DNA of 63,294 nt, counting the filler, from Octopus bimaculoides (Eukaryota): assembly GCF_001194135.2 (NCBI RefSeq). It is 5 parts of 5 records of this genome, joined end to end, with 100 filler letters (N's around TTAATTAATTAA, not from the genome) between each part and the next. Parts side by side here need not be neighbours in the genome. Positions count along the whole stretch, not along the records: positions 12,761 to 36,892 come from NC_068982.1; 4 more parts are not named here. One strand, given 5' to 3'. The position numbers were made by a program, and so were the translations under genes. This document shows positions 23,326-35,510 of the stretch, piece by piece. The notes beneath the pieces are model-generated. The model made no database searches. It was not told the origin of the DNA and saw only the letters and a program-made list of their open reading frames with translations. Position 1 is the stretch's first letter. Each line of letters starts with the position of its first letter.

Positions 23326-23726
23326 GGCTTCAGCATGAAGAAAGGAAAGTAAAGCAGCGTTGTGATTGGTTAGCGCGTATTGCTGTGCAACGAGCTGCCC
23401 AGAGCAACAAGCAATGTTCAGCACACCATACAAGAAATGCTTCCTCTACTGCTGCTGTGTGAGCTTCAGAGACAACAGCACAACACGCAGATCGACTTAC
23501 AAGAGATGCTTCCTCAACTGCTGCTGCACAAGCTGCAGAGACTGCAGCACAACATGTAGTTCGACTTACAAGAGATGCTCCCTCAAATGCTGTTGCACGA
23601 GCTGCAGCACAATGCACAGATTGACTTACAAGAGATGCTGCAGAAACTGCTGCTGTGCGCGCTACGGAGACTAGAGGGGAAAGACAACAATGGATGTTGC
23701 TCTATGCGGCAAACAGGAAAACATCA
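23326..23726 (+). pseudogene. STPR-like 23-aa repeat coding fragment (Helitron N-terminal type)
   Basis: 69-bp period (CGACTTACAAGAGATGCT at 23493 and 23562, variant at 23622); ASETTAQHADRLTRDASSTAAA repeats; stops are CGA>TGA changes. Confidence 0.6.
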
Positions 23727-24177
23727 GGTAACCACACCCTTGTCACCTTATTTATTTCATTAGCGTAATCTTCACAGTATGCTCTCCATTAAGTGCCCCC
23801 AGTTGTGAGGTAGGCAACAGATACTACACTTTTCATCTTTTTGCACAGGCTACATGTCAAATTTTATGTTCAGATAATGTTGTATGTGCAACTCAGCGAA
23901 ACAGCAGGCAAACATACTATTTCTCTTTATGTCATATCTTTAGGCTCAACCAGGATTGGAACAAGCAGTTGGATTATTATGTCACATGTGTCTATGAGTT
24001 TTCGTTGGTAGTTTATTAATATGATCAATTCTTCCTGGCCTGTATTCTCTGAGTGAGTTCTCAAACCGTGACCAATTTTGAAGTTTGCTAACATGACGAA
24101 GTCAAAGTGTGCATATGCGCGTGAAGGAGAGAGAGAGAAATTGTGTGCGTGAGAGGGAGGAATGAGGGAGAGATACA

Positions 24178-24380
24178 GATTGTTTGTCAGCGTCTAACAA
24201 AAAAAAAGTAAAGAAAAAGTGGGAGAGGGAGACAGAAAGCGTCTAATGAAACAGAAGGTAGGTAAAGAAGACAGAGTTTGTTTGCCAGCGTCTAACAAAA
24301 AAAAAAGGAAAGAAAAAATGGGAGAGGGAGACAGAAAGCGTCTAACAAAAGAAAAGGTAAGTGTGAGTAAGGAAGACAGA
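24178..24380. repeat. Short imperfect tandem duplication, GA-rich
   Basis: GCGTCTAA occurs four times; GGGAGAGGGAGACAGAAAGCGTCTAA occurs twice. Confidence 0.75.
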
Positions 24381-24702
24381 GTAAAATGAAAATGTAAAAT
24401 GCTTTTTTTTTCTTAAACATGAGATATAGTTTCAAATATAGGATGTTTTTGAAAGACACAATATTTTATAATGAGATTATATATACTTTCTCACTCAACA
24501 ATTAAAATATATTCATTTTAAATCATTTATCTATTTTAAATCGTTCATCTTTCTTCCCCCCCCCCCCNNNNNNNNNNNNNNNNNNNNNNNNNNNNNNNNN
24601 NNNNNNNNNNNNNNNNNNNNNNNNNNNNNNNNNNNNNNNNNNNNNNNNNNNNNNNNNNNNNNNNNNNNNNNNNNNNNNNNNNNNNNNNNNNNNNNNNNNN
24701 NN

Positions 24703-25440
24703 TATACTACTTTGGGAGCGAAAGAGTTTTGTTTATATTTCACGCCGAAGAAAAAAGTTTATTGACAATCCATTTATTTAACAACAATGAAAGAAAGAGG
24801 TATGTAACAATTTGTCAGTGAATTACACAATATAAATGGGTAAAATTTCCGAGACTTCCACTACACTCCAACCCGTTTTTCGGACCACAAAAAGGGTTTG
24901 GTAATTTTTGAGATTAACACCCACATGATTTCCACTAGGGTGTTAGGGTTAGGGTTTTAGGGTTAAAGGTTAGGGTTTTAGGGTTAGGATTAGGGTAGGG
25001 TTAGGATTTAGAGTTAGGGTTAGTGTTGGGGTTAGTGTTAGGGTTGGTGTTAGAGTTACGGGTCAGGGTTAGGGTTTTAGGGTTAGGGTTAGAGTTAACC
25101 TAGAAGGAACAGGACCCTTATTTTTTGGTTAAACCTGTTGATAAGTTTTCCTAAGTTACTCCAATCCAGATCCTCAATGCAAACCTTCAGATCAACCTTC
25201 TCCTATGCAGATCTCTAATGCAACTTAAAAAAAAAACAGTCAATGAGTGGAAATAACCAATAAACTGATTCCTTATGGGATTTCCCAATCAAATTGCCAG
25301 CAAACCATTTTCAGCCAAATCAATTTCAACGGATTTTGCTCAAATCTGATGTCCATGTTACTTATTTTGGTTTGAAATAAAGCACTTGATCACTTAATAA
25401 TCCTAGCTTAATAACGGGCAGCGCCGGGCTATACTGCTAG
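24703..25440 (+). mobile_element. Non-autonomous Helitron (copy 2) with internal telomeric-type tract
   Basis: 3' end CGGGCAGCGCCGGGCTATACTG-CTAG followed by T; homologous to 16810-18606. Confidence 0.75.
24935..25096 (+). repeat. Degenerate interstitial (TTAGGG)n
   Basis: About 160 bp of TTAGGG, TTAGGA, TTAGAG and TTAGTG variants. Confidence 0.9.
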
Positions 25441-26268
25441 TAAATAGATAAAATCCTTTCACTTTTATAAAAAGATTAAAAGAGTATGGAAGACCTTACA
25501 TACAAAAAAAACTATGTCCATTTACGTCCATTTGCAGGAGGTCTGGGCAAAATGTTATAGTGCATGACCATCCTCACGACATAAGTAATGTGTGTAAAAT
25601 TTGGTGAAAATTGGTTGAGAATTGTGGAAATGTATGCATTAGTTATTATACACACACACACTACAACTTATATATATACTAGAAAATATGAATCAATAAC
25701 TAAATACAAATATAATGACTATACTAATTATCTTACTGTTTCACATTATAACAATTATGATTGACTTTTTCATGAATTAGATACAAGCATATAAGGGAAT
25801 ATATATATATATATTAACAAACTGATTTGACTTCATAACATGTTACTAACATACATACACACTTACACACACATAAATCAACTTAGTAAACATCTATATA
25901 CACACACATAAACTGAAATGGACTATGAATATCCATACCTATAAATGCATATATAGTTATAGATATTCGATAACCTTTTACTAATATACATACACACTTA
26001 TGCCTTAATAAAGCAACTTAAACAGTAAGGATCTATAAACACACACACTTATGCATAAATGGTGACGTACATACTTGTATTAAATAACTTTATGCTGACA
26101 TACATACACACACACATATACATAAATTAATTTAGGCAGTAAGCATACACATATGCACATATGAGCACACATATAAACACACGAACATACACTCACACAA
26201 AAGCCAAAATTGACCGTGGACATCCATGTTTTGTAAAAAAACATTTTATTTCATTTTTATTATTAGTG

Positions 26269-26434
26269 TACTCTTTTACTTGTTTCAGTCATTTAACTAT
26301 GGCCATGCTGTAGCACTGCCTTTAGTCAAGCACATCGACCCCAGGACTTATTCTTTGTAAGCCAAGTACTTATTCTGTAAACACACCAGCATCGGTTGTC
26401 AAGCGATGTTGGGGGGACAATCACTGACACATAA

Positions 26435-26489
<55 letters not shown>

Positions 26490-26600
26490 CGATGGGCTAT
26501 ATTAGAAGACACTTGCCCAAGGTGCCACACAGTGGGACTGAACCCGGAACCATGTAGTTCATAAGCAAGCTGCTTACCACATAGCCACTCCTTCGCCTAT
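26269..26600 (-). mobile_element. tRNA-derived SINE with internal (CA)/(TA) microsatellite
   Basis: rc head ATAGGCGAAGGAG-TGGCTATGTGG (A box) and GGTTCAGTCCC (B box); related to 61513-61680, 62779-62905 and 54740-54905. Confidence 0.85.
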
Positions 26601-27609
26601 GTATATTTTATTATATTTTATTGTTATTATTATCAATCTTTATTTTTATTCTTATATACTTTAATTTATTATTATCATTATTGTATTTAAATAAAAAAAA
26701 TATTAATGCATGCGTACACACAAACATGATTTTCATCTGCTTAGTCTGTCAGAGTATTTCAACTGATCAAAAAGTAAGCCCTGTAATGTCCATCTTGCCC
26801 TGAAGATCTTCCACCTAAGGTACGCAAAATGCAAACTTATATTATATATGTTTTGTAATTTAAATTTGGTGTGAAGTGAAACAATTGTTGGCAATGTTAA
26901 TTAATTAATAAATTAATTTATATCCATTGAATCACTCCATTTTCAAACTTAATAATATTTGATGTTTTATAATATATTTATTGAAGAAATATCTCTTCAA
27001 AATATAATATATTAAGCCAGGGTATCTTGGATAAAACTATCCCTATAAGAGGATGATATACAACCCAATTCTGTTTAAATAAGGAAAGCATACTCATTAA
27101 AAAACATAAACCACAGCTGAGTACCCTTTAGAAAGAAGAAAACACACTAAAGACAAAAAGGAAGAAAGACTCAATTTCTCCACAAAAAACAATCAGGTAC
27201 AACAGACAATTTTTAAAAACTTTAGTAACAGTCTTTCACCCGAGTTTCAAAACTGCAACTCCAAATCACCATACAATACCACCATACAAACACCAGTTAC
27301 TGATGTCACCTAACTCTAGACCAATGAAATTTTACTTTCAATCAAAACCAAATTTCAGCAAATGCAACACAATAACCCTTTAAGAGGTTCAACAAACTGG
27401 AACAGCTGATGACTGCTCCCCACAGGGAAGCCAGCTAGACAGAACAACAAACTTGACTACCAGAAAAACAAGATGTCACCAATACATTAACAAATCAAAA
27501 ATCAGATCCATTCACAGAAAAAATTATAAATACACTGGATTCCAAAAAGCATTGTTACAAGCGAAAGTTCCTGCACACTATGGAAAGAGAATCACAGAAA
27601 CTGTAAACC

Positions 27610-28075
27610 AAATCCTTTTTTTACTATCTTCATTTCTCCCTTCTTTTTCTCCCTCTTAACTTAGTATGACTGAAACTTTGATGATATTCAATTTTTGTCG
27701 ACCACTACTAACACTATTGAATTTTGTACATTTAAACAACAGTTTAAATGTACAAAACAGTTTTTATATTATTGACTGTTATTTATATACATACCAAAGT
27801 AGTTTCAACAATATTTTTTGTTTATCAATGGTTAAAATTTAGAATTATGAATTAGAAAAAACATGTTTAAAAGTTTTGATGTTGACAAGTTTAAATGTTC
27901 ATAACAGTCAATAATATAAAAACTGTTTTGTACATTTAAACTGTTGTTTAAATGTACAAAATTCAATAGTGTTAGTAGTGGTCGACAAAAATTGAATATC
28001 ATCAAAGTTTCAGTCATACTAAGTTAAGAGGGAGAAAAAGAAGGGAGAAATGAAGATAGTAAAAAAAAAGGATTT
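27610..28075. repeat. Near-perfect ~173-bp inverted repeat with 118-bp spacer
   Basis: 27610-27782 is the reverse complement of 27901-28075, apart from a T7/A9 run-length difference. Confidence 0.95.
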
Positions 28076-28969
28076 TTTTTATATATACTAGACTGCTTGT
28101 GACCTGTTGGGTCACTGAGAAAGTCTGAGTTTCCCAGCAATGGAGTTTTGTTTGTTTTGTGGTTTTCTTCTTTTCCATGTTATTTTGCATGCTTTCTACG
28201 AATGTGACATTGAAATCACGTGTAAGTGACTTCTTTCCCCGGAAAAGGAAAGATTTGGCTGCTATTTCCTGCAAGCCCTGCTAACACGTAACAGATATTT
28301 TGGGTTCTTTATTGCAAATACCTGTTATGTGGTGGCAGAGCATGCTAGAAATAGCAGCCAAATCTTTGGAGATGAGATACGTTGAATGCACTTAAAAGAA
28401 ACCTATGCAAAAAACCTATTTCACATCAAGGTTACGAACGGGTCTTTTACAAAATATTTACCATATTTTTAAAGCGATTTTGCCCATCATAATGTGTCTA
28501 ATGGAAAGGATAGAGTTTCTTCCCTTTCAGGATTAAGTTATTTTCAGAGTATTTTCCCATTATGCACTGTTTTGGGTATTTATACCTCAAAACCTCGACA
28601 ATCTCAATAACTACTGGTCCAATTTAAGCAAAATTTGTTTTATTCCATTTGTATTCACATTTCAGGGACACTTTCCTTTTAAAGTATTTTCCCATTATGC
28701 ACCAGTTGTGCTGTGTAACATTGCAAGCAAGAAAAATTGAACTTCACTTTTAATGTATTATATATATATATGCTTTTGTTTATGTAAGTACTTCTTGAAA
28801 ATATTTACTCCCACTCCATGTAGATCTCTCAGGGTTTTTTGGCAAGATAAACAGGTGTGGGCCTTTGCATTACAAGCTGTTGCAGTACTTGGTCTTTACT
28901 CTAGACAAGATGGGCAGGACTTTTGGAACAGTGCACTGGTGTCCTATTCAGGAACTTGTATAACTCTCA

Positions 28970-29620
28970 ATGCCAATGTTTAGTGCCAGCCCTTATATAT
29001 GTGTCTGTAACAGAGAAAGTAGTGTTTATGTGTGGAAGATGACAGGACCAATAAAGTCTACAGATACACAGGAAATTGATTTTCTCAAATGCCCAAGAGG
29101 CTCTCTAGACGTTATACGTAATTTTTGTTATCTAGGTAATCTAATTAGCAGTGGAAGAGATTGTTCTGAAAGCATAATTGCTAGAATAAGAATAAAATGA
29201 GAAACATTCAGAAAGTTGCTACCTCTTTTGGCAATCAAAGGCTTGTGTAAATTCAGCAATGCTACATGGTAGTACGATGGGGGCCTTAAATGCAGAGCAC
29301 ATGTGAAGACTAGAGAGGAATGAAGCTGGTATTCTTCATTGGATGTGCAACGTCAGTGTACATGTATGACAGAATGAAAGTGTATTAAAAAAAAAGTTAG
29401 GCATAAGAGGTCTTAAATGCTGTGTGAAGGAGAGAAGACTGCTGGTTCAGTCATGGGTTGTGTATGGATGAGAACAGTTGCATAAAGAAGTGCTGATCCC
29501 TTAAAATAGATGCAACTTATTGGAGAGGGAGACCCAAGAAGACATAGGACAAAGTATTGAGGCCAACCTCAAGATGCTGAACCTTATGGAGAAAATGACA
29601 AAAGACTGAGATATCTGGTG
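28970..29620 (+). mobile_element. RTE LINE RT C-terminal fragment, decayed
   Basis: NFCYLGNLISSGRDCSESIIARIR; parallels 34880-35510. A related 3' terminus lies at ~30085-30140. Confidence 0.75.
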
Positions 29621-30190
29621 CTTTGCTGTGCTTGAGAAGACCTGTCCACCACAACAGAATTGGTATCTTAAAACCACTTTGATAAATGCTTGTACATGTG
29701 GAGCTCTGTTCCACCTCCATTCTCACTGCCCTGTCAAGCTTTCCCCCACATCTCTTTCCCTAATGTTCATTACTTCTTTCTCTCTGCTATACTTCATCCT
29801 TAAAATCTATTTTATTTATTATCACTCCCAAAACCCTCACATGTCTAATGTAACCCCTTCTTCTGAGTCACTCCAAAAGCACTCACTTTCAATTACTACA
29901 GTCACCTTTATCCTGTTCAACCAACTCTCTTCAAATTTTTATGAAACTTCCCCTCAACACCCCACCTGGTGCTAGTGCCATGAAAAATGCACCCAATACA
30001 CTCTGTAAAGTGGTTGGCATTAAAAAGGACATTCAAATCATGCCAAAACAGAAAATAAAATTTGTCACAGTCAAGCTCTGGCTTGCCAACTCATCAAATC
30101 CTCCAACCCATGCCAGCATGAAAATCAGATATTAAATGATTATATGTATATATATAGACACACACACACACAACAAAAATAATTTCTTAC

Positions 30191-30289
30191 TTTATCACTT
30201 AAATATTTTTTCTCTACTTCCTCTTGTACAAGATGCCAAATTTCTTTTACATTTAATACTCGGCCTAACTTTAAAGGTGTTCCATATGC
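30191..30289 (-). CDS. Putative host-gene exon (AYGTPLKLGRVLNVKEIWHLVQEEVEKKYLSDK)
   Basis: TATTTTTCAG acceptor, GTAAGA donor, 99 bp, phase 0-0, open. Confidence 0.75.
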
Positions 30290-30376
30290 CTGAAAAATAT
30301 AAATAATTTGTTGATACACTTATAAATATATTCAAGATAAAGATGTCATGAAGGTCACAGATTAACAGATCATCTA

Positions 30377-31623
30377 CGAGGGGTGTTCATCAAAGATTTC
30401 TCCTGAGACAATTCTCAAGGACTGGGATATATGAAACTTGGCATAATTATTGATCCTTCTCTACATAGCCACCACCAATGGTGACACACTTCTCCCATCG
30501 CTTTATGCAGCTATGAAGACCTTGCTTGTAGAAGTCAGCAGGTTGCATCTGAAGCCAAGACTTTACCTCAGAAAAAAAATCATCATCATCTGAAAAGTGC
30601 TTCCCCTTTAAAAAAAGACTGCATGGTTGGAAAGAGGTGGAAGTCAGATGGTGTGAGGTTGGGAGAGTAAGGGGGATAAGGAAGGATTTCATAGCCGCAG
30701 GACTGTGCTTTTATCTGGGCGACATGTGCATTGTGAACTGGGGTGTTGTCTTGGAGGAGGCGAACTCTTTTGGTCGGTATGCCACGCCTCTCTGTTTTGA
30801 TGGCATCCCACAATTTCTGCAGCAGAGAAGCATAATATTCCTTGTTAACTGCGGTACCCTTTGCTAGAAAATCCATCATCACTACTTCACACTGGTTCCA
30901 AAAGACTGGGAGCATCACCTTGCCTGCTGAGGGTTAGACACGAGCATTCTTTGGAGGTGCTAAGTTATCATGCTTCCATTGCTTTGACTGGACTTTAGTC
31001 TCAGGATCATAGTGAAGGACCCATGTTTCATCCTGTGTGATAAGACTGCTGAAAAAGTCTTCATTTTCTTGGCACCTTGCCAAAAGAGCCTGGGAGAAAC
31101 TGACTCGTTCCTGCTTCTGAAATGGTGTGACCATCTGGGAAAGCCATTATGCAGATAACTTCCGCATGTGCAAATGATTGTGAATGATTTTTCCATAGAC
31201 CCTACACTTATCTTCATTTCTTGGGCTAATTGCCGAATAGCTATGTAGCTTCCACTTTATGGATGGTGTCGTCATCAATGGCAGAATGTGGTTGTCCAGG
31301 AATAGGTGCAGTTTCCACCGATATCCAACCACATTTGAACTGGTGATGCCAGTGCTTGACAGCCTCATATGATAGTGCATTGTCACCATAAAATTCTTTC
31401 ATCTCATCAAAAGTCTCTTTTGATGTGTGATCTTTCAAGTATAAGAACCTGATCACTGATCTGCATTCAACTGCCTCCATTGTAATACCTTAGTCCACTT
31501 CAGCAGCCATAAAAGACAATTACAATGTGACATGAAGAGAGATGTTTGATTATACCTGTACAAGTTCCATTCCCTGCACTAATCAGAAGTGAGTCAGGGG
31601 AGATCTTTAATGAACACCCCTCA
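30377..31623 (-). mobile_element. Mariner transposon, near full length, transposase disrupted
   Basis: ~30-bp TIRs (CGAGGGGTGTTCATCAAAGA / rc TGAGGGGTGTTCATTAAAGA), TA at both flanks; DETW, QDN, YSPNL..SDFHLF motifs. Confidence 0.95.
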
Positions 31624-32421
31624 TACTGAATTAAATTCCAAAATATGAACTTATTTTATTATCTTCAAAGGAAGAAAAGCAAAGTGAAACCAAATTTTTA
31701 CTATTATTAATTTCTGCCCTCTGTATTCCAAGTATATGAACTCAGAATGTGGAGCATTTCACCCTTTCTGCCACCTCTATATAAACATTTATAGATAAAA
31801 GGTACTGACTGATTTCAGTCAGGTAAATTACTTGATTTTCTTACTCAATTTTCCCTAAAAATTATTATCATTTTCATAAGAATACAGAAAAGTAAAATGT
31901 CAGTGACTGGATCATAGATGTATGATGAAATTTTTTTAAAACAATATATTTTATTACTACAAAATAACAAAATGGCAAAAGTAAATACAACTGTCTATAA
32001 GAGTTTGGTTACAGTAACCACAATACAATTGCTAGTTTTCTGCTTATTACCCAAGAACTTATAATCAATAAACCAAAGACTATCGATTGAATTATTTCGC
32101 TGCACTTGATGGGATGAAAGTTATCTCCTCTAACTGATTCTTTTGGGCCTCTTCAAATCAGAGGTGTTACATAAGCAATAAGCATAATTTATTTACAATC
32201 AGATACAGAATTGCTTTAGTGAAACCACTAATGTAACTTGAAGCATGTTTGAACAGATATTGGAGGTTATTTTTCCATATTGTAAAATATATCCTTATAA
32301 ATGGTTTTAAAATATCACTTTTCAGTGCATACATTTTTATATATAATCAACTTCACAAATTTGAATTCAGCTTTGCAACTTTATATTTATTTCAGTTTTG
32401 TATGGTGATAATAAACCATAC

Positions 32422-32564
32422 TTATAAACGAGCCAATGATGGAGTTTCTCTGCAGTAATTTGATGTGCTGAAAATACCATTCCTGCCTTCCTCAAATCAT
32501 ACTCAACCATTTTGTAAAAGAAGGACACATTGGATAATGTAGTGTTTTCCTTTATTGATTTGGT
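32422..32564 (-). CDS. Putative host-gene exon (TKSIKENTTLSNVSFFYKMVEYDLRKAGMVFSAHQITAEKLHHWLVY)
   Basis: TCTCTTTTCACAG acceptor, GTATGG donor, 143 bp, only one open frame. Confidence 0.75.
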
Positions 32565-33487
32565 CTGTGAAAAGAGAAACTACAGCTATTACCTTCACAA
32601 AACCAATGAGATCAATTAAATTAGCATTAGTTACAATTCAATAACTGTAGTAAAAACATGTGCGTGGAAGGATTTCCAGAGAGGTAACATTCTGGAGGAA
32701 AAATAATATATACTAGGATTCATTAATGTAGGACTTGGTAGAGTGGACCATCATATGGGTGATGACAAGGAAAAACAACCAGATCTGAGTAGTAGAGTTC
32801 ACTTTAGAAAAGTGAGAGGTGAAGCATGCCTGAATGCAAGAAGCCTTTCTTTATATATGTGCTGGAGAATGTGTGTGTATGTCTCAAATGTGGGAGTAAT
32901 GGTGACACCTAGTGTTTGTAGTGACTATGAGCTTTGCTACAAGGATGCAATAAGGTTCTCTTATTGTGTATAGTGATTGTTTCATTGTCTTTTGAGGGGA
33001 TATGACAAACATGAACCTGTTGGAGGGTGTTTTAGAAGTCTTTTTTCATGAAGTCAGTGTAGATATTCACATGGGATTGTACATATAGGTGAAGAAATGT
33101 TAGGAAAAATTAAGGTTGGATCCTTGGATCCTTTGTGTACAAATGGGCCTTGTTGAACTGATAGGAAGGAGGAATTTGCACACAGTGGTTAGGGAAAAGG
33201 CAAGATGGTCATGAATAGAGGGTTTTTGATTACAGACCAGCCAATGACAGCCAACTTGGTGCTACATGATAACAACAATACTTAGATAAAGCAGTTTTAT
33301 CAGGATTATATTTTGTTTTTAGGTCCTGTACTGAAACAGTATTGTTTTGTTAATTTTATTTTGCTACTGCAAAATTCTGTTTTGCTTTACATTTCTATTG
33401 TAACCAAATTAAAATATGTAAAAGAAAAGAATTTAGAACTAAATAGTGACTCTAGGTGTATGTAAGGATAAGACACATTTCATAATG

Positions 33488-34083
33488 AAAAAAAAGCATC
33501 AGAAGGGCAATGCATACCCTGTGCATTGATAAATTTTTTCACAAATTATAGTGTGGTATGCAATGCGTTGCTTACCCATGCTTTTTGATTGAACTGAACT
33601 TTTTTTTTTAAAGTATCAACATTATAGGTATTTATACTCCAGTGAAATTAAGAAATCAACTCATAAATAAATGAAATCATCGAATCCATCACTGTACACA
33701 TGCACACAGTCGCATATCTATGTATGTATGTACTCACATGTCTACATGCATAAGTACACCATGATCTGTACACGCACAGACAAGGGTCGATCCATATGAA
33801 AAAGAAAGTGAACAAAATAAAATGAATTCATACTCCCGTGAAATTTAAAAATCAACTCATAAATAAATGAAACCCTTGAATCCATCACTGTATGCACATG
33901 CACAGTTGCAATCTATGCATGTATTTATGTATATTTGAAGATAATCAAACTGTATGTTCATCATTTCGAGCTACTCACCCAATGGAGAAAATCCATTCAG
34001 CCGTTTTCCAGTAATTTTGCAAACGCACAGACAAAGACGAGTGATTACAATACCCTTATTTTGCTTACGTGCACAGGGTAATT
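33488..34083 (-). mobile_element. Helentron-associated (DINE-1/HINE-like) non-autonomous element
   Basis: 11-bp subterminal inverted repeat TACCCTGTGCA (33515-33525) / TGCACAGGGTA (34070-34080); partner TACCCT at 34051-34056; internal ~100-bp direct repeat (~33633 and ~33828); T-run at the 3' end on the minus strand. Confidence 0.6.
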
Positions 34084-34176
34084 AAATCTATAAAGAAGTA
34101 TTACAAGAAGTAAAGTGATCAAACTGAGTCTGTACTGGACTGCAAGTTCATATTCTACTGGAGGCATTTCTGAGAA

Positions 34177-35510
34177 TCATCATCATCATCATCATTTAAC
34201 ATCCGCTTTCCATGCTAGCATGGATTGGATGATTTGACTGAGGACTGGCAAGCCAGAAGGCTGCACCAGGCTCAATCTGATTTGGCAGAGTTTCTACTGC
34301 TGGATGCCCTTCCTAACGCCAACCACTCTGAGAGTGTAGTGGGTGCTTTTACGTGACACCAGCACAAGGGCTAGTCACACAGTACTGGCAATAGTCTCAC
34401 TCAAAAGGTGTTTTTTACATGCCACCTGCACGGGAGCCAGTCCAGGGGCACTGGCAATGACCTTGCTCAAATGATTTTCTAACGTGCCAGCAGCACAAGT
34501 GTTGGAAGGCAACACTCGTAACGATTACACTCAAATGGTGCTATTTACGGGCCACTAGCATGGAAGCCTGATAGCTGCTCTGACAATGAACACGCTTGGA
34601 CAGTGCTGTTAGTGCTCCACTGGCGCAGGTGCCACTCATCGGATATGGTTCAATTTCGATTTCGATTTCACTTGTCCCAACAGGTCTTTGCAAGCAGAGT
34701 TTAGTGTCCAATGAAGGAGAGGTTGGCATGGGTGCCAGTCGTCGGATTCGGTTCGATTTCAGATTTCAAATTTACTTGCCTCAACAGGTCTTCGCTAGCA
34801 GAGTCTAGTGTCCAATTAAGTAAAGATACGGATAAGTGAGCAGGCCACACTTCTGGCAGAGGTTCCAGCTTATGCTCTCACTTGGCTTGCCGGGTCTTCT
34901 CACGTACTGCATATTTCCAAAGGTCCCAGTCAGAAGTCATTGCCTCGGTGAGGCTTAAAGTTCAAAGGTCGTGCTTCACCACCTCATCCCAGGTCTTCCT
35001 GGGTCTACCTCTTCCACAGGTGTGGCACTTTTTCACACAGCTATCCTCATCCATTCTTGCCACATGTCCATACCAGAGCAATCATCTCTCTTGCACACCA
35101 CAACTGATGCTTCTTAGGTCTAACTTTTCTCTCAAGGTACTTACACTCTGTCAAGTATGCACACTGACATTACACATCCATCGGGGCATACTGGCTTCGT
35201 TTCTAGCAAGCTTACGCATGTCCTCAGCAGTCACGGCCCATGTTTCAGTGCCATGTAGCATGGCTGTTCGTACACATGCGTCATACAGTCTGCCTTTTAC
35301 TCTGAGTGAGAGACCCTTTGTTACCAACTGAGGTAAGAGCTCTCTAAACTTTGCCCAGGCTATTCTTATTCCAGCAGCTACACTTTCAGCGCACCCTCCC
35401 CCGTTACAAACTTGGTCACCTAGGTAGCGGAAGCTATTAACTACTTCTAGTTTTTCTCCCTGGAGTGTGGTAAAGGTTCTTTTCTGCACATTCTCAGTGT
35501 TTATTGCTCC
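34177..35510 (-). mobile_element. RTE LINE 3' portion (RT C-terminus, 3'UTR, (GAT)n tail)
   Basis: LEVVNSFRYLGD..GIRIAWAKFRELLP..KGRLYDACVRTAMLHGTETW. Confidence 0.9.

Noticed and set aside
24935-25096. True telomere
   Set aside because: Short, degenerate, internal and embedded in a dispersed repeat.
26540-26600. tRNA gene (also 61513-61580 and 56118-56210)
   Set aside because: Only A/B-box heads followed by SINE bodies; no complete cloverleaf.
27406-27450. Hammerhead starting CTGATGA
   Set aside because: A hairpin follows but there is no GAAA or GUH triplet.
14440-32564. Naming the host gene FANCA from short words (AGMV..QI, LLCRW)
   Set aside because: The matches are only 4-5 residues recalled from memory and too few exons are visible; this needs a real homology search.
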